The notes below the pieces were generated by a model, which saw only the letters and a program-made list of their open reading frames with translations, was not told the origin of the DNA and searched no databases. This document shows positions 8,538 to 17,234 of a stretch of 40,296 nt of DNA, piece by piece; positions within the stretch are counted from its first letter, which is position 1, and every line of letters starts with the position of its first letter. Source of the DNA: Anaerolineales bacterium (GTDB taxonomy: Bacteria > Chloroflexota > Anaerolineae > Anaerolineales > E44-bin32); NCBI GenBank assembly GCA_023144145.1, contig JAGLGG010000102.1, forward strand, positions 1-40,296, given 5' to 3'. The translations under genes and the position numbers were made by a program.

Positions 8538-9686
8538 CTACCATTCAGTGATTTTAACGGAGCTCGCTCGTTCACTAGAACGAATTTTACTTGCCCCTCC
8601 TCCCTCGGCATGACTTCTACCCCCGCCAAAGCCTCGGAAGGGTTCTTCGCCTAGGATACGAGCCAATTCTGCTGCATAAGCCACAGGTCCTGCCCACAAC
8701 AAGAGAGGAGAGATGGCTTCACGGGTGCGTGGATCTAATCCCTGCCACCCACTCCATCGGCTGACCAACAGTTGACGTCCAATAGCTCTCGCTGCAGTTT
8801 CGATCTCCCTCTCCCTTCCAATGGATCTGCCTTCAGCACTCAATAACCAGGTTGGCATGGTTGTAGGTTCAGAAAAGTATTCTATATGCGCCCACTCCTC
8901 CACATCCTGTCCCCATGCGGACACACCTGCAGATTCCACGATTTTTGCCGCAGAGAACATCGACGACCCTCGTCCAGGACCAGAGCCCAGAAAGACAATA
9001 TTTTCTCTCCCGGCGATTCTTTTCGCGAAGGATCTTCCCCTGCTTTGCTCTTCTGACATCCACCGCTCTAATTCGACTGGCACTCCCTCGATCGACCTCG
9101 AAATATGCTCACTACTCTGATCTGATGTCAATAACGAGCAAATTGCGTATCCCATAAGAAGAGAACCCAGATAGCTGATCAGTCCGGGTCCATGGGGAAG
9201 ATCCGGTGTTGGGAGAGAAAGAAAGGCATCTGCAGTAGTTGCCAGTGAGCTTTCAGGATCACTGGTGAAGCCCATCGTAAGTGCGCCGAGGCTCTTTGCA
9301 ATTTCTATCGCTTCTATGGTTCGGGCAATTTCCCCAGATGCTGAAATTCCTATGACCAGGGTCCGTCGCTTTTGCTCCCCAATCTCGGGAATTCTGTATC
9401 TTCCCACCGTTAATGCTGGTCCGACCCGCGTTAACGTCTTGGCCCAAACTGTGAATGCAAATTCGAGGCTGCTTGCTGCATAATAAGAATCACCACAGCC
9501 CGTAATATGAATTTCCTCGATCCCTTCGCTCAGAAATGATTTCAAATGTCCAACACTCTGACGGGCTTTCTTCCAAGCCTCTTTGATAAATTCCGGTGCG
9601 AGAGCTGTTTGCTCAAGAAGTGAGTGGCTCAATTGCTCCTCCCCATATCGATCTGTATAATCAATCCAAATGAGCTTAGAGGACAT
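8538..9686 (-). CDS. Double SIS-domain sugar-phosphate isomerase/deglycase-like protein (GlmS-isomerase/FrlB/AgaS-like)
   Basis: SIS motifs ITGCGDSYYAASS and VIGISASGE are present, with a second SIS-like half (VFLGSGPGRGSSMFSAAKIVE). Confidence 0.65.
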   Translation of the reverse strand: MSSKLIWIDYTDRYGEEQLSHSLLEQTALAPEFIKEAWKKARQSVGHLKSFLSEGIEEIHITGCGDSYYAASSLEFAFTVWAKTLTRVGPALTVGRYRIPEIGEQKRRTLVIGISASGEIARTIEAIEIAKSLGALTMGFTSDPESSLATTADAFLSLPTPDLPHGPGLISYLGSLLMGYAICSLLTSDQSSEHISRSIEGVPVELERWMSEEQSRGRSFAKRIAGRENIVFLGSGPGRGSSMFSAAKIVESAGVSAWGQDVEEWAHIEYFSEPTTMPTWLLSAEGRSIGREREIETAARAIGRQLLVSRWSGWQGLDPRTREAISPLLLWAGPVAYAAELARILGEEPFRGFGGGRSHAEGGGASKIRSSERASSVKITEW

Positions 9687-10680
9687 TCAGTATTTATTCA
9701 TCGGGGGACTGCGAGAAGACTATTTTATCACCCATACGGATGAAGTATATCTTGGCGTACTCGGTGGAAATGCGATCTATGCTGCAGCAGGCGCGAAGAT
9801 ATGGTCTCCATTTATCGGCATCGTAAGTCGTGTTGGATCCAATTACCCCTTAAAGTGGTTAGAACAAATCAGAGATGCAGGGATCAATGTCGGTGGAGTT
9901 CAAATGCTAAACCATGCACTAGACACTAGAACTTTCTATGCATACGTCTCGGAAGAGGAGAGAGTAGATACAAATCCAGCATCACATTTCTTGAGAATCA
10001 ACCATCCCCTCCCGAAATTCCTCTTAGATTATCAATCGTCAACTGAGGACATGGATGATAAAGAGAAATTCAGTCCTCTAGCAATACGCCCAGATGATGT
10101 CCCCGCTCTCGATTCAGTCCGTGCTGCTCATATCGCACCAACTCATTATATTTCACATACCGTCCTTTCCGTTCGTCTAAGAGAGCTCCATATTGGTCTG
10201 ATTAGTTTGGATCCATCCGAAAGATATATGAATCATAACTTTCAAGACGAACTACATGTCATTGTTCACGACCTGGATATTTTCTTACCAAGCGAAAATG
10301 AGGCTCGGTCCTATTTTCTCACTCAAGATATTGATGTCTGGGAGATGGCCGAGACTTTTGGAAGTATGGGTTGCAAAATTGTGGTGATTAAATCAGGTAC
10401 CAAAGGGCAGTACCTTTGGGACAACGTATCTAAAAAACGCTGGCATATCCCTGCTTATCCTGCCAATGTGAAAGATGTTACTGGTGCAGGGGATTCCTAT
10501 TGCGGAGGTTTTCTAGTTGGGATGGATATCACTCAAGATCCTCTTGAAGCAGCCCTGCATGGCTCCGTTTCTGCCTCAATAACAGTTGAGGGGATTGGAC
10601 CTCTATATTCGATTGAAACCTATCCCGGTTTGGCAGAGGCTCGACTAGAATCCCTTCGATTAGCTGTGAGAGCGGTGTAA
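9670..10680 (+). CDS. PfkB-family carbohydrate kinase
   Basis: It has the C-terminal PfkB signature DVTGAGDSYCGGF and an N-terminal GG motif (VLGGNAIYAAAGA). Its start overlaps the divergent SIS gene start by 17 nt. Confidence 0.75.
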   Translation: MSLEDIQYLFIGGLREDYFITHTDEVYLGVLGGNAIYAAAGAKIWSPFIGIVSRVGSNYPLKWLEQIRDAGINVGGVQMLNHALDTRTFYAYVSEEERVDTNPASHFLRINHPLPKFLLDYQSSTEDMDDKEKFSPLAIRPDDVPALDSVRAAHIAPTHYISHTVLSVRLRELHIGLISLDPSERYMNHNFQDELHVIVHDLDIFLPSENEARSYFLTQDIDVWEMAETFGSMGCKIVVIKSGTKGQYLWDNVSKKRWHIPAYPANVKDVTGAGDSYCGGFLVGMDITQDPLEAALHGSVSASITVEGIGPLYSIETYPGLAEARLESLRLAVRAV

Positions 10681-10682
10681 AT

Positions 10683-11771
10683 ATGATTTTAGAGAGATTA
10701 CTCAAGCGTACACTTGAAATCCAATCAATTCCAGCGCCCACATTCTCCGAGGGCGCCCGTGCAGCATGGTTTCACAAGGAATTGGATAGCATCCAACCAG
10801 ATATCGCCGAACAAGATCCTATAGGAAATGTATATTTCCGAATTCCGGGCGGCAATCTGAATCCTGTTGTGGTCACTGCTCACTTGGATACTGTTTTTTC
10901 GATGGATGTCGCACTCACATGCCAGAGAAACGCTGAACGCATTAGTGGTCCTGGAATTGGTGATAATTCCATCGGTGTGGCTTCACTTCTAGAATTGGCT
11001 TCAGATTTATTAGGGGTCAACCCCCCAGGGGATATTTGGCTTGTTGCTAATGTGGGCGAGGAAGGATTGGGTAATTTGCTGGGAATGCGTCATGTGGTCT
11101 CGAAATTTGGCGATCAAGTAACAGCGTATATTGTGATCGAGGGGATGGCATTGGGGCATATTTACCACCAAGGTCTTCCAGTGCGGCGATATCAAATTTC
11201 CGCTGAAGGACCAGGTGGTCACGCCTGGATTCACAACCAACGTCCTTCCGCACTTCATACCTTAATAAAATTGAGCCGCCGCTTGATCGAGATAGAATTG
11301 TCAACTTCGCCAAAGACATCGCTTAATATCGGAACGATGCATGGGGGCACGACGATCAATTCAATTGCCCGCAGCTCATTTTTAGAGCTCGACTTGCGTT
11401 CAGAAGATAACGATACGGTCGAAGCGCTCGCTCATCGAATTGAGCAAGTTGTGCGGGAATTCGAGCGCGATGAAATTTCTTTGAAAATTAGGAGCATAGG
11501 CGATCGCCCTGGTGGTAGTATCCCAATCGATCACCCTTTGGTGGAAACCGCAAAGCAAGCCCTCAAAGCTTCTGGAATCACCCAAATTAAGCTTGAAGCT
11601 GGATCGACAGATGCGAGTGCTCCTCTGAGCGAAGGTTTTCCAGCAGTTTGTGTTGGAATTACGCGCGGTGGGGATGCGCATAGTATGGATGAGTTTATTG
11701 AGATCGCACCAATAATTTCTGGTTATCAATCCATTCTTAACTTAATACAGATGGCTTTCCAACCCATATAA
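10683..11771 (+). CDS. M20-family metallopeptidase/deacylase
   Basis: Metal-binding motifs VVTAHLDTVF, GDNSIGVA and NVGEEGLGN are present. The start is 2 nt after the PfkB stop. Confidence 0.7.
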   Translation: MILERLLKRTLEIQSIPAPTFSEGARAAWFHKELDSIQPDIAEQDPIGNVYFRIPGGNLNPVVVTAHLDTVFSMDVALTCQRNAERISGPGIGDNSIGVASLLELASDLLGVNPPGDIWLVANVGEEGLGNLLGMRHVVSKFGDQVTAYIVIEGMALGHIYHQGLPVRRYQISAEGPGGHAWIHNQRPSALHTLIKLSRRLIEIELSTSPKTSLNIGTMHGGTTINSIARSSFLELDLRSEDNDTVEALAHRIEQVVREFERDEISLKIRSIGDRPGGSIPIDHPLVETAKQALKASGITQIKLEAGSTDASAPLSEGFPAVCVGITRGGDAHSMDEFIEIAPIISGYQSILNLIQMAFQPI

Positions 11772-11828
11772 TCTGTTTAGGACAAACTTGGATTTGCAGT
11801 TTTGCGGGACACTGTCTTTCAGTGAACT

Positions 11829-11858
11829 GTCAATTCTGGGGATTCCCCCAGAATTGAC
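11829..11858. terminator. 13-bp perfect stem-loop between convergent genes; candidate bidirectional terminator without a clear U-tract
   Basis: GTCAATTCTGGGG-ATTC-CCCCAGAATTGAC, read from the sequence. Confidence 0.5.
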
Positions 11859-11879
11859 CCTGCGTCTTAAGCCATGATC

Positions 11880-12668
11880 TTATGGTGATTCGGAGGTCAC
11901 TGTTTGCGATGGTGTTTGCGCAGTTGAAATCACACTGAACCGGGTAGACGTTTTCCACTCCATTCCTAAAAACATCCGAATTTCATACTCCCCCTCGGAC
12001 CATTGTTCTGGTTCACATTCTGTGTAACCATACCCACCCGTATCACCATCCCAAGGGATAGATTCCTCGCAGACGATGGTGTTCCCAAAATACCACAGTG
12101 CGGTCCATTGTGCGCCATTAACCAGATTGTTATATGTGAAGGTCCCAAAAAGCCTCCCCACCGGCAGGTCGAATTCTTCACTTGGATTTATAGATTGGTT
12201 ATCACGAATTCCTCTCGCAACTTCAATTTGACTGAAGGTCGAGTCCGGATTTGGAGTAACGCCAGATTCAATCTTTTCGCTAATCTCAGCAGGTAATAGG
12301 GGTGTTGGCGTGATCGTTGGGGTGGGAGTTGTTGAAGCTGTCGGAGTGATCGTTGGAGGGGGAGTTATTGTTGGTGTATTGGTTATTGTAGGTGTAGGAG
12401 TGATCGTTGGTGTTGGGGTCACTGAAGGGGTTGGAGGTACGATAATAAATGCAACCTGACGGCCAAATAAGGATGTCAGCAGTCCAACTACTGCAAAGAT
12501 GAGGCTTAGCAGCAGGAGCCTCCATCCTTGGGTAATTTTTCTTCGCCGGAGCATGAAGAACGGCAATTGACTGGCATCGCGTATCTGTCTCCAACCAAAA
12601 TAGGCGGATGCAGCAAGAGCTGCGAGCATGAATATGGCGAAATACTGAACAAGTTGATCGATCGTCAT
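11880..12668 (-). CDS. Membrane-anchored protein with a (T-P-T-P-T-I)n linker and a Cys/Trp-containing C-terminal domain
   Basis: Two N-terminal TM helices are followed by VTPTPTITPTPTITNTPTITPPPTITPTASTTPTPTITPTP. The globular tail follows (GAQWTALWYFGNTIVCEESIPWDGDTGGYGYTECE...). Confidence 0.6.
   Translation of the reverse strand: MTIDQLVQYFAIFMLAALAASAYFGWRQIRDASQLPFFMLRRRKITQGWRLLLLSLIFAVVGLLTSLFGRQVAFIIVPPTPSVTPTPTITPTPTITNTPTITPPPTITPTASTTPTPTITPTPLLPAEISEKIESGVTPNPDSTFSQIEVARGIRDNQSINPSEEFDLPVGRLFGTFTYNNLVNGAQWTALWYFGNTIVCEESIPWDGDTGGYGYTECEPEQWSEGEYEIRMFLGMEWKTSTRFSVISTAQTPSQTVTSESP
12297..12437 (-). repeat. Degenerate in-frame tandem repeat of about 18 nt encoding the TPTPTI units
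   Basis: Plus-strand units such as GGAGTGATCGTTGG and GGTGT(A/T)GG recur. The coordinates were derived from codons 78-124 of the ORF. Confidence 0.7.
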
Positions 12669-12975
12669 TGCTAAAATCCGCTAACTTAAAGAATTCCTAC
12701 AGCCGCTATGTAATATTATATTGAAACATATGCTTCAATCCAGCATGTGCAGGGATCCAATTTGGTGAAATATCTGGATTAGCACACATGGTATTAGAAT
12801 TTCCAATTCCTGATCCGATCGGCCAATCATAGAGTATGTGTTATTTTTGAGTGCCAGGTCAGGCAAATTGGTGCTGACACAATCCATAAATTCTGAGAAG
12901 AATGGTGCTTTACATCCCAGCGTCCTCCGGGGACCTGACAGAAGAAATTAAATTCTTTTGATTTATGATTGAGGG

Positions 12976-13365
12976 TCATGCATCAAAGAGGCCACCAACG
13001 GCATCAAGTAATTGGCGTTGGCTAAATGGCTTACGAAGGGTTGCATTCGCTCCCAACGACAAGGCTTGTTCTAAGGCGACATCTGCTTGCATGCCAGCAG
13101 CAGTTAGTACGATGGATGGGATTTCGCTAATTTCAGGATCGGCCCGTTTGTGTTCGAGCAGGTCTAATCCACCGAATTCAGTATCCTTTATACCTGGCAT
13201 GATGAGATCTACCGTGAGTGCATCTGGTCGTGAATCTTTTAATATCCTCAATCCTTCACTGGCGGAGTTCGCTTGGAGGACATCATATCCTGCTTCCTCA
13301 AGGACCAGCCTAACGATCTGACAGATATACATCTCATCATCTACAATCAGGACACGGTGCTTCAT
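12976..13365 (-). CDS. Single-domain CheY-like response regulator
   Basis: The receiver is canonical: VLIVDDE, DALTVDLIMPG, VLTAAG, LRKPF. Confidence 0.85.
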   Translation of the reverse strand: MKHRVLIVDDEMYICQIVRLVLEEAGYDVLQANSASEGLRILKDSRPDALTVDLIMPGIKDTEFGGLDLLEHKRADPEISEIPSIVLTAAGMQADVALEQALSLGANATLRKPFSQRQLLDAVGGLFDA

Positions 13366-13372
13366 AGTTAAC

Positions 13373-13723
13373 CTATGGCATCAGTGGGTTCACTTGCTCC
13401 AGGGCTTCCTCTACGCTCGGAAAAATTGGGAAAACCCTGTCAAGTAAAGTAAGGCGAAGCGCAGTAAGGGCTTGTGGGTGCGGACGACTAAGACTAATTG
13501 AGCCTCCACTTTGACGCAGTGCCTTCAATCCGGAGACTAATGCACTTAAGCCAGAACTATCGATAAAATCAACGCCCTTCAAATCCACAACAACAAGTTT
13601 AGGCGATGTTTCAGCGATAGTTTTCAAGTTCTCCCTGAGTGAGGGGGCCGACTCAACATCAACTCTTCCCTGGGGCCGAACAATGACCTGTTCTGAATTA
13701 GGGCGCTCAAGTTCAATGTTCAT
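13373..13723 (-). CDS. STAS-domain anti-sigma-factor antagonist (SpoIIAA/RsbV-like)
   Basis: MNIELERPNSEQVIVRPQGRVDVESAPSLRENL...VVVDLKGVDFIDSSGLSALV carries the DSSGL phospho-serine motif. I chose the ATG at 13723 because it overlaps the upstream stop (ATGA). The track ORF extends to 13762. Confidence 0.8.
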   Translation of the reverse strand: MNIELERPNSEQVIVRPQGRVDVESAPSLRENLKTIAETSPKLVVVDLKGVDFIDSSGLSALVSGLKALRQSGGSISLSRPHPQALTALRLTLLDRVFPIFPSVEEALEQVNPLMP

Positions 13724-15726
13724 TCCGAATCTTCTCCTATAAGTCGTTTTGTTAAGGTCCAATGGTTGCGACCGTCTTGTAAGCGCTCATAATTGCAGCC
13801 ATCGAGCGCACCCTGAATTATTCTCAGTCCGTACCCGTCCAACGGTGGATCATCAGGATTTACCGAAAAATCCGTACCTGCGAATGGGTTAAACTCAACT
13901 CCGCGATCGAACAAATCAACTTGCCAGAAATTGCTTGACAAGCTGAGACTCCCCATTATCAAGCCTTTTCCATTCCAATAGGCGTGTTTGCTTTGATTTG
14001 TAACAACTTCTGAAAGTGCCAGGGTAAATTCATCCACCAGGCCTGGACGTTTCTCTTCAGAAGCAAATCGTGAAAGTTGTTCCCAGACCCATTCAACGAA
14101 TGGACTAATTTCCGAGAATTCACTGGATATAACAAATGGAACGATATCTTGAATATCTTCTTCAAATAATGTAGCCCGAACGAGAACCATTGCTAAATCA
14201 TCTCGGATGGGTGCGCTTCCACAAAAAGTTTTTACTGCTTCTACAATTGTCTGGATTTGAGTTTCGGTTGATGCAAGATGTACGGCCTCCATTATATCCG
14301 ATAGCCTCTGAGCCCCAAATATTTCACCATCAGAATTTTCAGCCTCCGTGATTCCGTCAGAGTAAAGTAGGAAAACATCACCCTGCTCAAGGTTTATTTC
14401 TTTCGTCCTGCAACTGAGGATGCGCTGCACCCCAAGAGGTAGTCCGGTCGCTGGAAGGAACTCAATCCAGGATTTAGCCTTTCGCCAGATAGCTGCTTCG
14501 ACATGTCCCGCTGAAGCGTAGGCTATTCCCAGAGGGTCGGTGTCTATTCGCGCAACGGCAGAAGTAACAAACGCTTGCGCTTTATCCAGATCCGCATAAA
14601 TGGATCGATTGATCTCGGCTAAGAGTTGTGAAGGGTCACGTTGATAAGGTGCTTCACTGTGAAAGGTCGCGTGCACGACGGCTGTGAGAATCGCGGCAGG
14701 CATCCCCTTGCCCGATACATCTGCCAATAGCACGATCGGCTCACCAGTTCTCAAATGGGCAATGTCGTAAAAATCGCCGCCTACTCGTCGCGCTGGTTGG
14801 AGATAGGCTGATAATTCACAATCTTTGACGATCGGTAATCTGATAGGAAGAAGGCTGGATTGAATATCTGCAGCAATGGATAGCTCTCGCTCTAATCGTT
14901 TTTGCTCTTCACGGGTACTTCGTATTTGGGAGGCCTCAATAAGGGCGCCCAGATGCTCGGCTACCGATCCTAATAGCTGAGCATCACTCGCATCATAATC
15001 ACCCTCATTCAGCTTGATAAATCCGACAAGCCCTTGAGCGCCTCCCGAGCTAACAAGCGGAGCAACAATCAAATCCGATACATTCTCGAAGATACCCTCA
15101 TTCCCTCCGATCAATCCTTGAACATCAGAAAAACTCAGTGGCTTATGCGACTTTACGATGTTCTCATAAAGATCATCAGGAAGTTTGAACTCTATTCCTG
15201 AGCTAAGAATGTTGACCTTTCCCATTTCAGTTTCGGTTGCCAGAATTACTTCACCTGCTCCCAACACTTCAGCCAATGATTTCACGATGGGGTTCAGCAT
15301 TTCATTTAGTTCAGAGGTCCGGCCAATGATCTTTGTCAATTCGAAGTGGAATGTCAACCGATCCCAGGCTTTAACAAGTTCGAGGGTTAAATCACGTGTA
15401 ACTATTTCTTCAAGCGTTACGTGTGAAAGCAAGGCGAGCCAGGAAGTAAATAGGTCTCCCCATGGACCTTCCTTCTCTGCCCAGGCAACGATAGCGATTT
15501 CATTCTCGCCTACTCCGTGCTTGGCCACCCACCACTGCCTACCGTCATCAACGATAAAGCCACCCTCAATCTCGCTATGGATAATCTCTAACACATCAGC
15601 TGGCACTTCTTTAAACGTGTGACCATGAGTCTCGTCACCTGGGAAACGAAACGAAATTTTCCCGGATGTCATCGATTTCCAGGCTCGAATCAATTGATCA
15701 GCGATCTCAGACTTCTTTGAATTCAT
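13720..15726 (-). CDS. GAF-sensor PP2C (SpoIIE/RsbU-type) phosphatase fused to an RsbW-like HATPase anti-sigma kinase domain
   Basis: PP2C motifs RRVGGDFYD, LADVSGKGMPAA and LLYSDGITEA are present. The C-terminal region LALSEVVTNQSKHAY...DGYGLRIIQ is typical of RsbW/SpoIIAB-type kinases. Confidence 0.75.
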   Translation of the reverse strand: MNSKKSEIADQLIRAWKSMTSGKISFRFPGDETHGHTFKEVPADVLEIIHSEIEGGFIVDDGRQWWVAKHGVGENEIAIVAWAEKEGPWGDLFTSWLALLSHVTLEEIVTRDLTLELVKAWDRLTFHFELTKIIGRTSELNEMLNPIVKSLAEVLGAGEVILATETEMGKVNILSSGIEFKLPDDLYENIVKSHKPLSFSDVQGLIGGNEGIFENVSDLIVAPLVSSGGAQGLVGFIKLNEGDYDASDAQLLGSVAEHLGALIEASQIRSTREEQKRLERELSIAADIQSSLLPIRLPIVKDCELSAYLQPARRVGGDFYDIAHLRTGEPIVLLADVSGKGMPAAILTAVVHATFHSEAPYQRDPSQLLAEINRSIYADLDKAQAFVTSAVARIDTDPLGIAYASAGHVEAAIWRKAKSWIEFLPATGLPLGVQRILSCRTKEINLEQGDVFLLYSDGITEAENSDGEIFGAQRLSDIMEAVHLASTETQIQTIVEAVKTFCGSAPIRDDLAMVLVRATLFEEDIQDIVPFVISSEFSEISPFVEWVWEQLSRFASEEKRPGLVDEFTLALSEVVTNQSKHAYWNGKGLIMGSLSLSSNFWQVDLFDRGVEFNPFAGTDFSVNPDDPPLDGYGLRIIQGALDGCNYERLQDGRNHWTLTKRLIGEDSE

Positions 15727-15870
15727 CGGACATACTGTAGCTTAGCTGGACTTCCAAAGCAACTACATCGCAGTCTCTCAGAACCGTTGTAGTTACAACC
15801 ACATCGAGCAGCCCTCAGCCATGAAAAATCAAGCATGGTAGACTCGCAATTCATCTGGTGTAATTATTAA

Positions 15871-17073
15871 ATGCTTCAGATGCTGGAGTTTTTGCAGGTG
15901 AATAGGTTTAATTATTCTCGACTCAGATTTATGGCTCTGATGATATCGACCACCCTAATGCTGTTCACGGGATGTTCTTCTGGTGAAAATGTGGGTATTG
16001 AAATTGTACCCTCGCCTGCAGTCTCATCTGAAACGAACGAACTTCCAATCACGCTCCAAACCAGCTCAGAGGCAAGCGAAACGCCAGACCCTGGAACTCA
16101 GCTCGTCCCCACTTCAACTCCCATTTTCACTCACACACCTTCAACAACTCCTGCGCCGATTCCATTCGAAGGCGAACTCTTTGATACGGAAATTCTGTGG
16201 GAGGATGTGCAACCCGTCCAATACATTGATGATCAATGCAAATATTTGCAGCTAAAGTGGAATCCTGAGAAAAGCCCGCCAGGGACAATCGTTGTGCCAA
16301 TCATGTTTCATTCGGTTGCTAAATCAGGTCGTGTAATTACCGACAAAACATCGATTAGTGAAGAATATTTCCATTCCGTTCTTACTCATGCAAATGATCT
16401 CGGGTTTCGAACTATAACAACTGAAGATCTCGTTGGTTTTTTAACCACAAATGAACCAATCCCGCCTCTCTCCATGATCATGATCCTTGATGATCGAAGG
16501 CCGGGGGTAACTGAGAGATTTCTTCCATATCTCACTCAATATGATTGGACGCTTACTTTGGGTTGGATCGTCCAGGACCAACGCGAATATCTTTGGGATT
16601 GGATGGAATACCTGGCCGAATCCGGCCGGCTTGATGTTCAATCCCATGGTTACTGGCACAAATACATCGTTGAAGAAACACCTGAAGAAATAATTATCGA
16701 AGAGATTTATGATCCGATCCCAATATTAGAAGAGCACTTTGGGCATCGTCCTATCGCATTTATATGGCCTGGTGGAAACTTTACTGACCGATCCATTCAA
16801 GTGGCACATGAAGCTGGATATCAGCTTGGATTCAGCGCGTATGCCCACGGTCCTTATCTCTTCAATTGGATACCACAATCAGAAGAAGAGATTGCAATTG
16901 GGGATCCGTTAATGACTTTGCCCCGTTATTGGAGTCCAACAGCCTGGCGCAATCTTGATATGGCAATCCAGATCAGTGCGGAAGCGAGAGCCTTCGCATT
17001 GGCGCAGTACCCATTGGAAGCAGAATGGTATCAACAATCTTGTGGAGTCGCACTTCCCCCTGCACCCCAATAA
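15871..17073 (+). CDS. Lipoprotein with a polysaccharide-deacetylase (NodB-like) domain
   Basis: Lipobox MALMISTTLMLFTGCSSG (the likely true start is the ATG at 15931). A Pro/Thr/Ser linker is followed by IMFHSV, ILDDRRPG and QSHGYWH motifs resembling NodB motifs. Confidence 0.5.
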   Translation: MLQMLEFLQVNRFNYSRLRFMALMISTTLMLFTGCSSGENVGIEIVPSPAVSSETNELPITLQTSSEASETPDPGTQLVPTSTPIFTHTPSTTPAPIPFEGELFDTEILWEDVQPVQYIDDQCKYLQLKWNPEKSPPGTIVVPIMFHSVAKSGRVITDKTSISEEYFHSVLTHANDLGFRTITTEDLVGFLTTNEPIPPLSMIMILDDRRPGVTERFLPYLTQYDWTLTLGWIVQDQREYLWDWMEYLAESGRLDVQSHGYWHKYIVEETPEEIIIEEIYDPIPILEEHFGHRPIAFIWPGGNFTDRSIQVAHEAGYQLGFSAYAHGPYLFNWIPQSEEEIAIGDPLMTLPRYWSPTAWRNLDMAIQISAEARAFALAQYPLEAEWYQQSCGVALPPAPQ

Positions 17074-17234
17074 AATCAGCGATTAAATAGGTTCAAATAT
17101 TACGTCTATGCGCAATTAATGTAGGGCATTGGCTTTATTTTACTCCGGCTTGCCCCAAGTGCCATGAGGCTTATAGGATTACTCACCGCGATTGAAGGGA
17201 TGCTCAAAGCACCTGATTTAGTGACTGTTCAGGA

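Noticed and set aside
12700-12740. AT-rich stretch GCTATGTAATATTATATTGAAACATATGC resembling a dif/Xer site.
   Set aside because: I could not match either 11-nt arm to the conserved XerD-arm consensus (TTATGTTAAAT / TTATGTAAACT) in any register. The flanking genes are co-directional rather than at a strand switch. It more likely belongs to the promoter region of the 11880-12668 gene.
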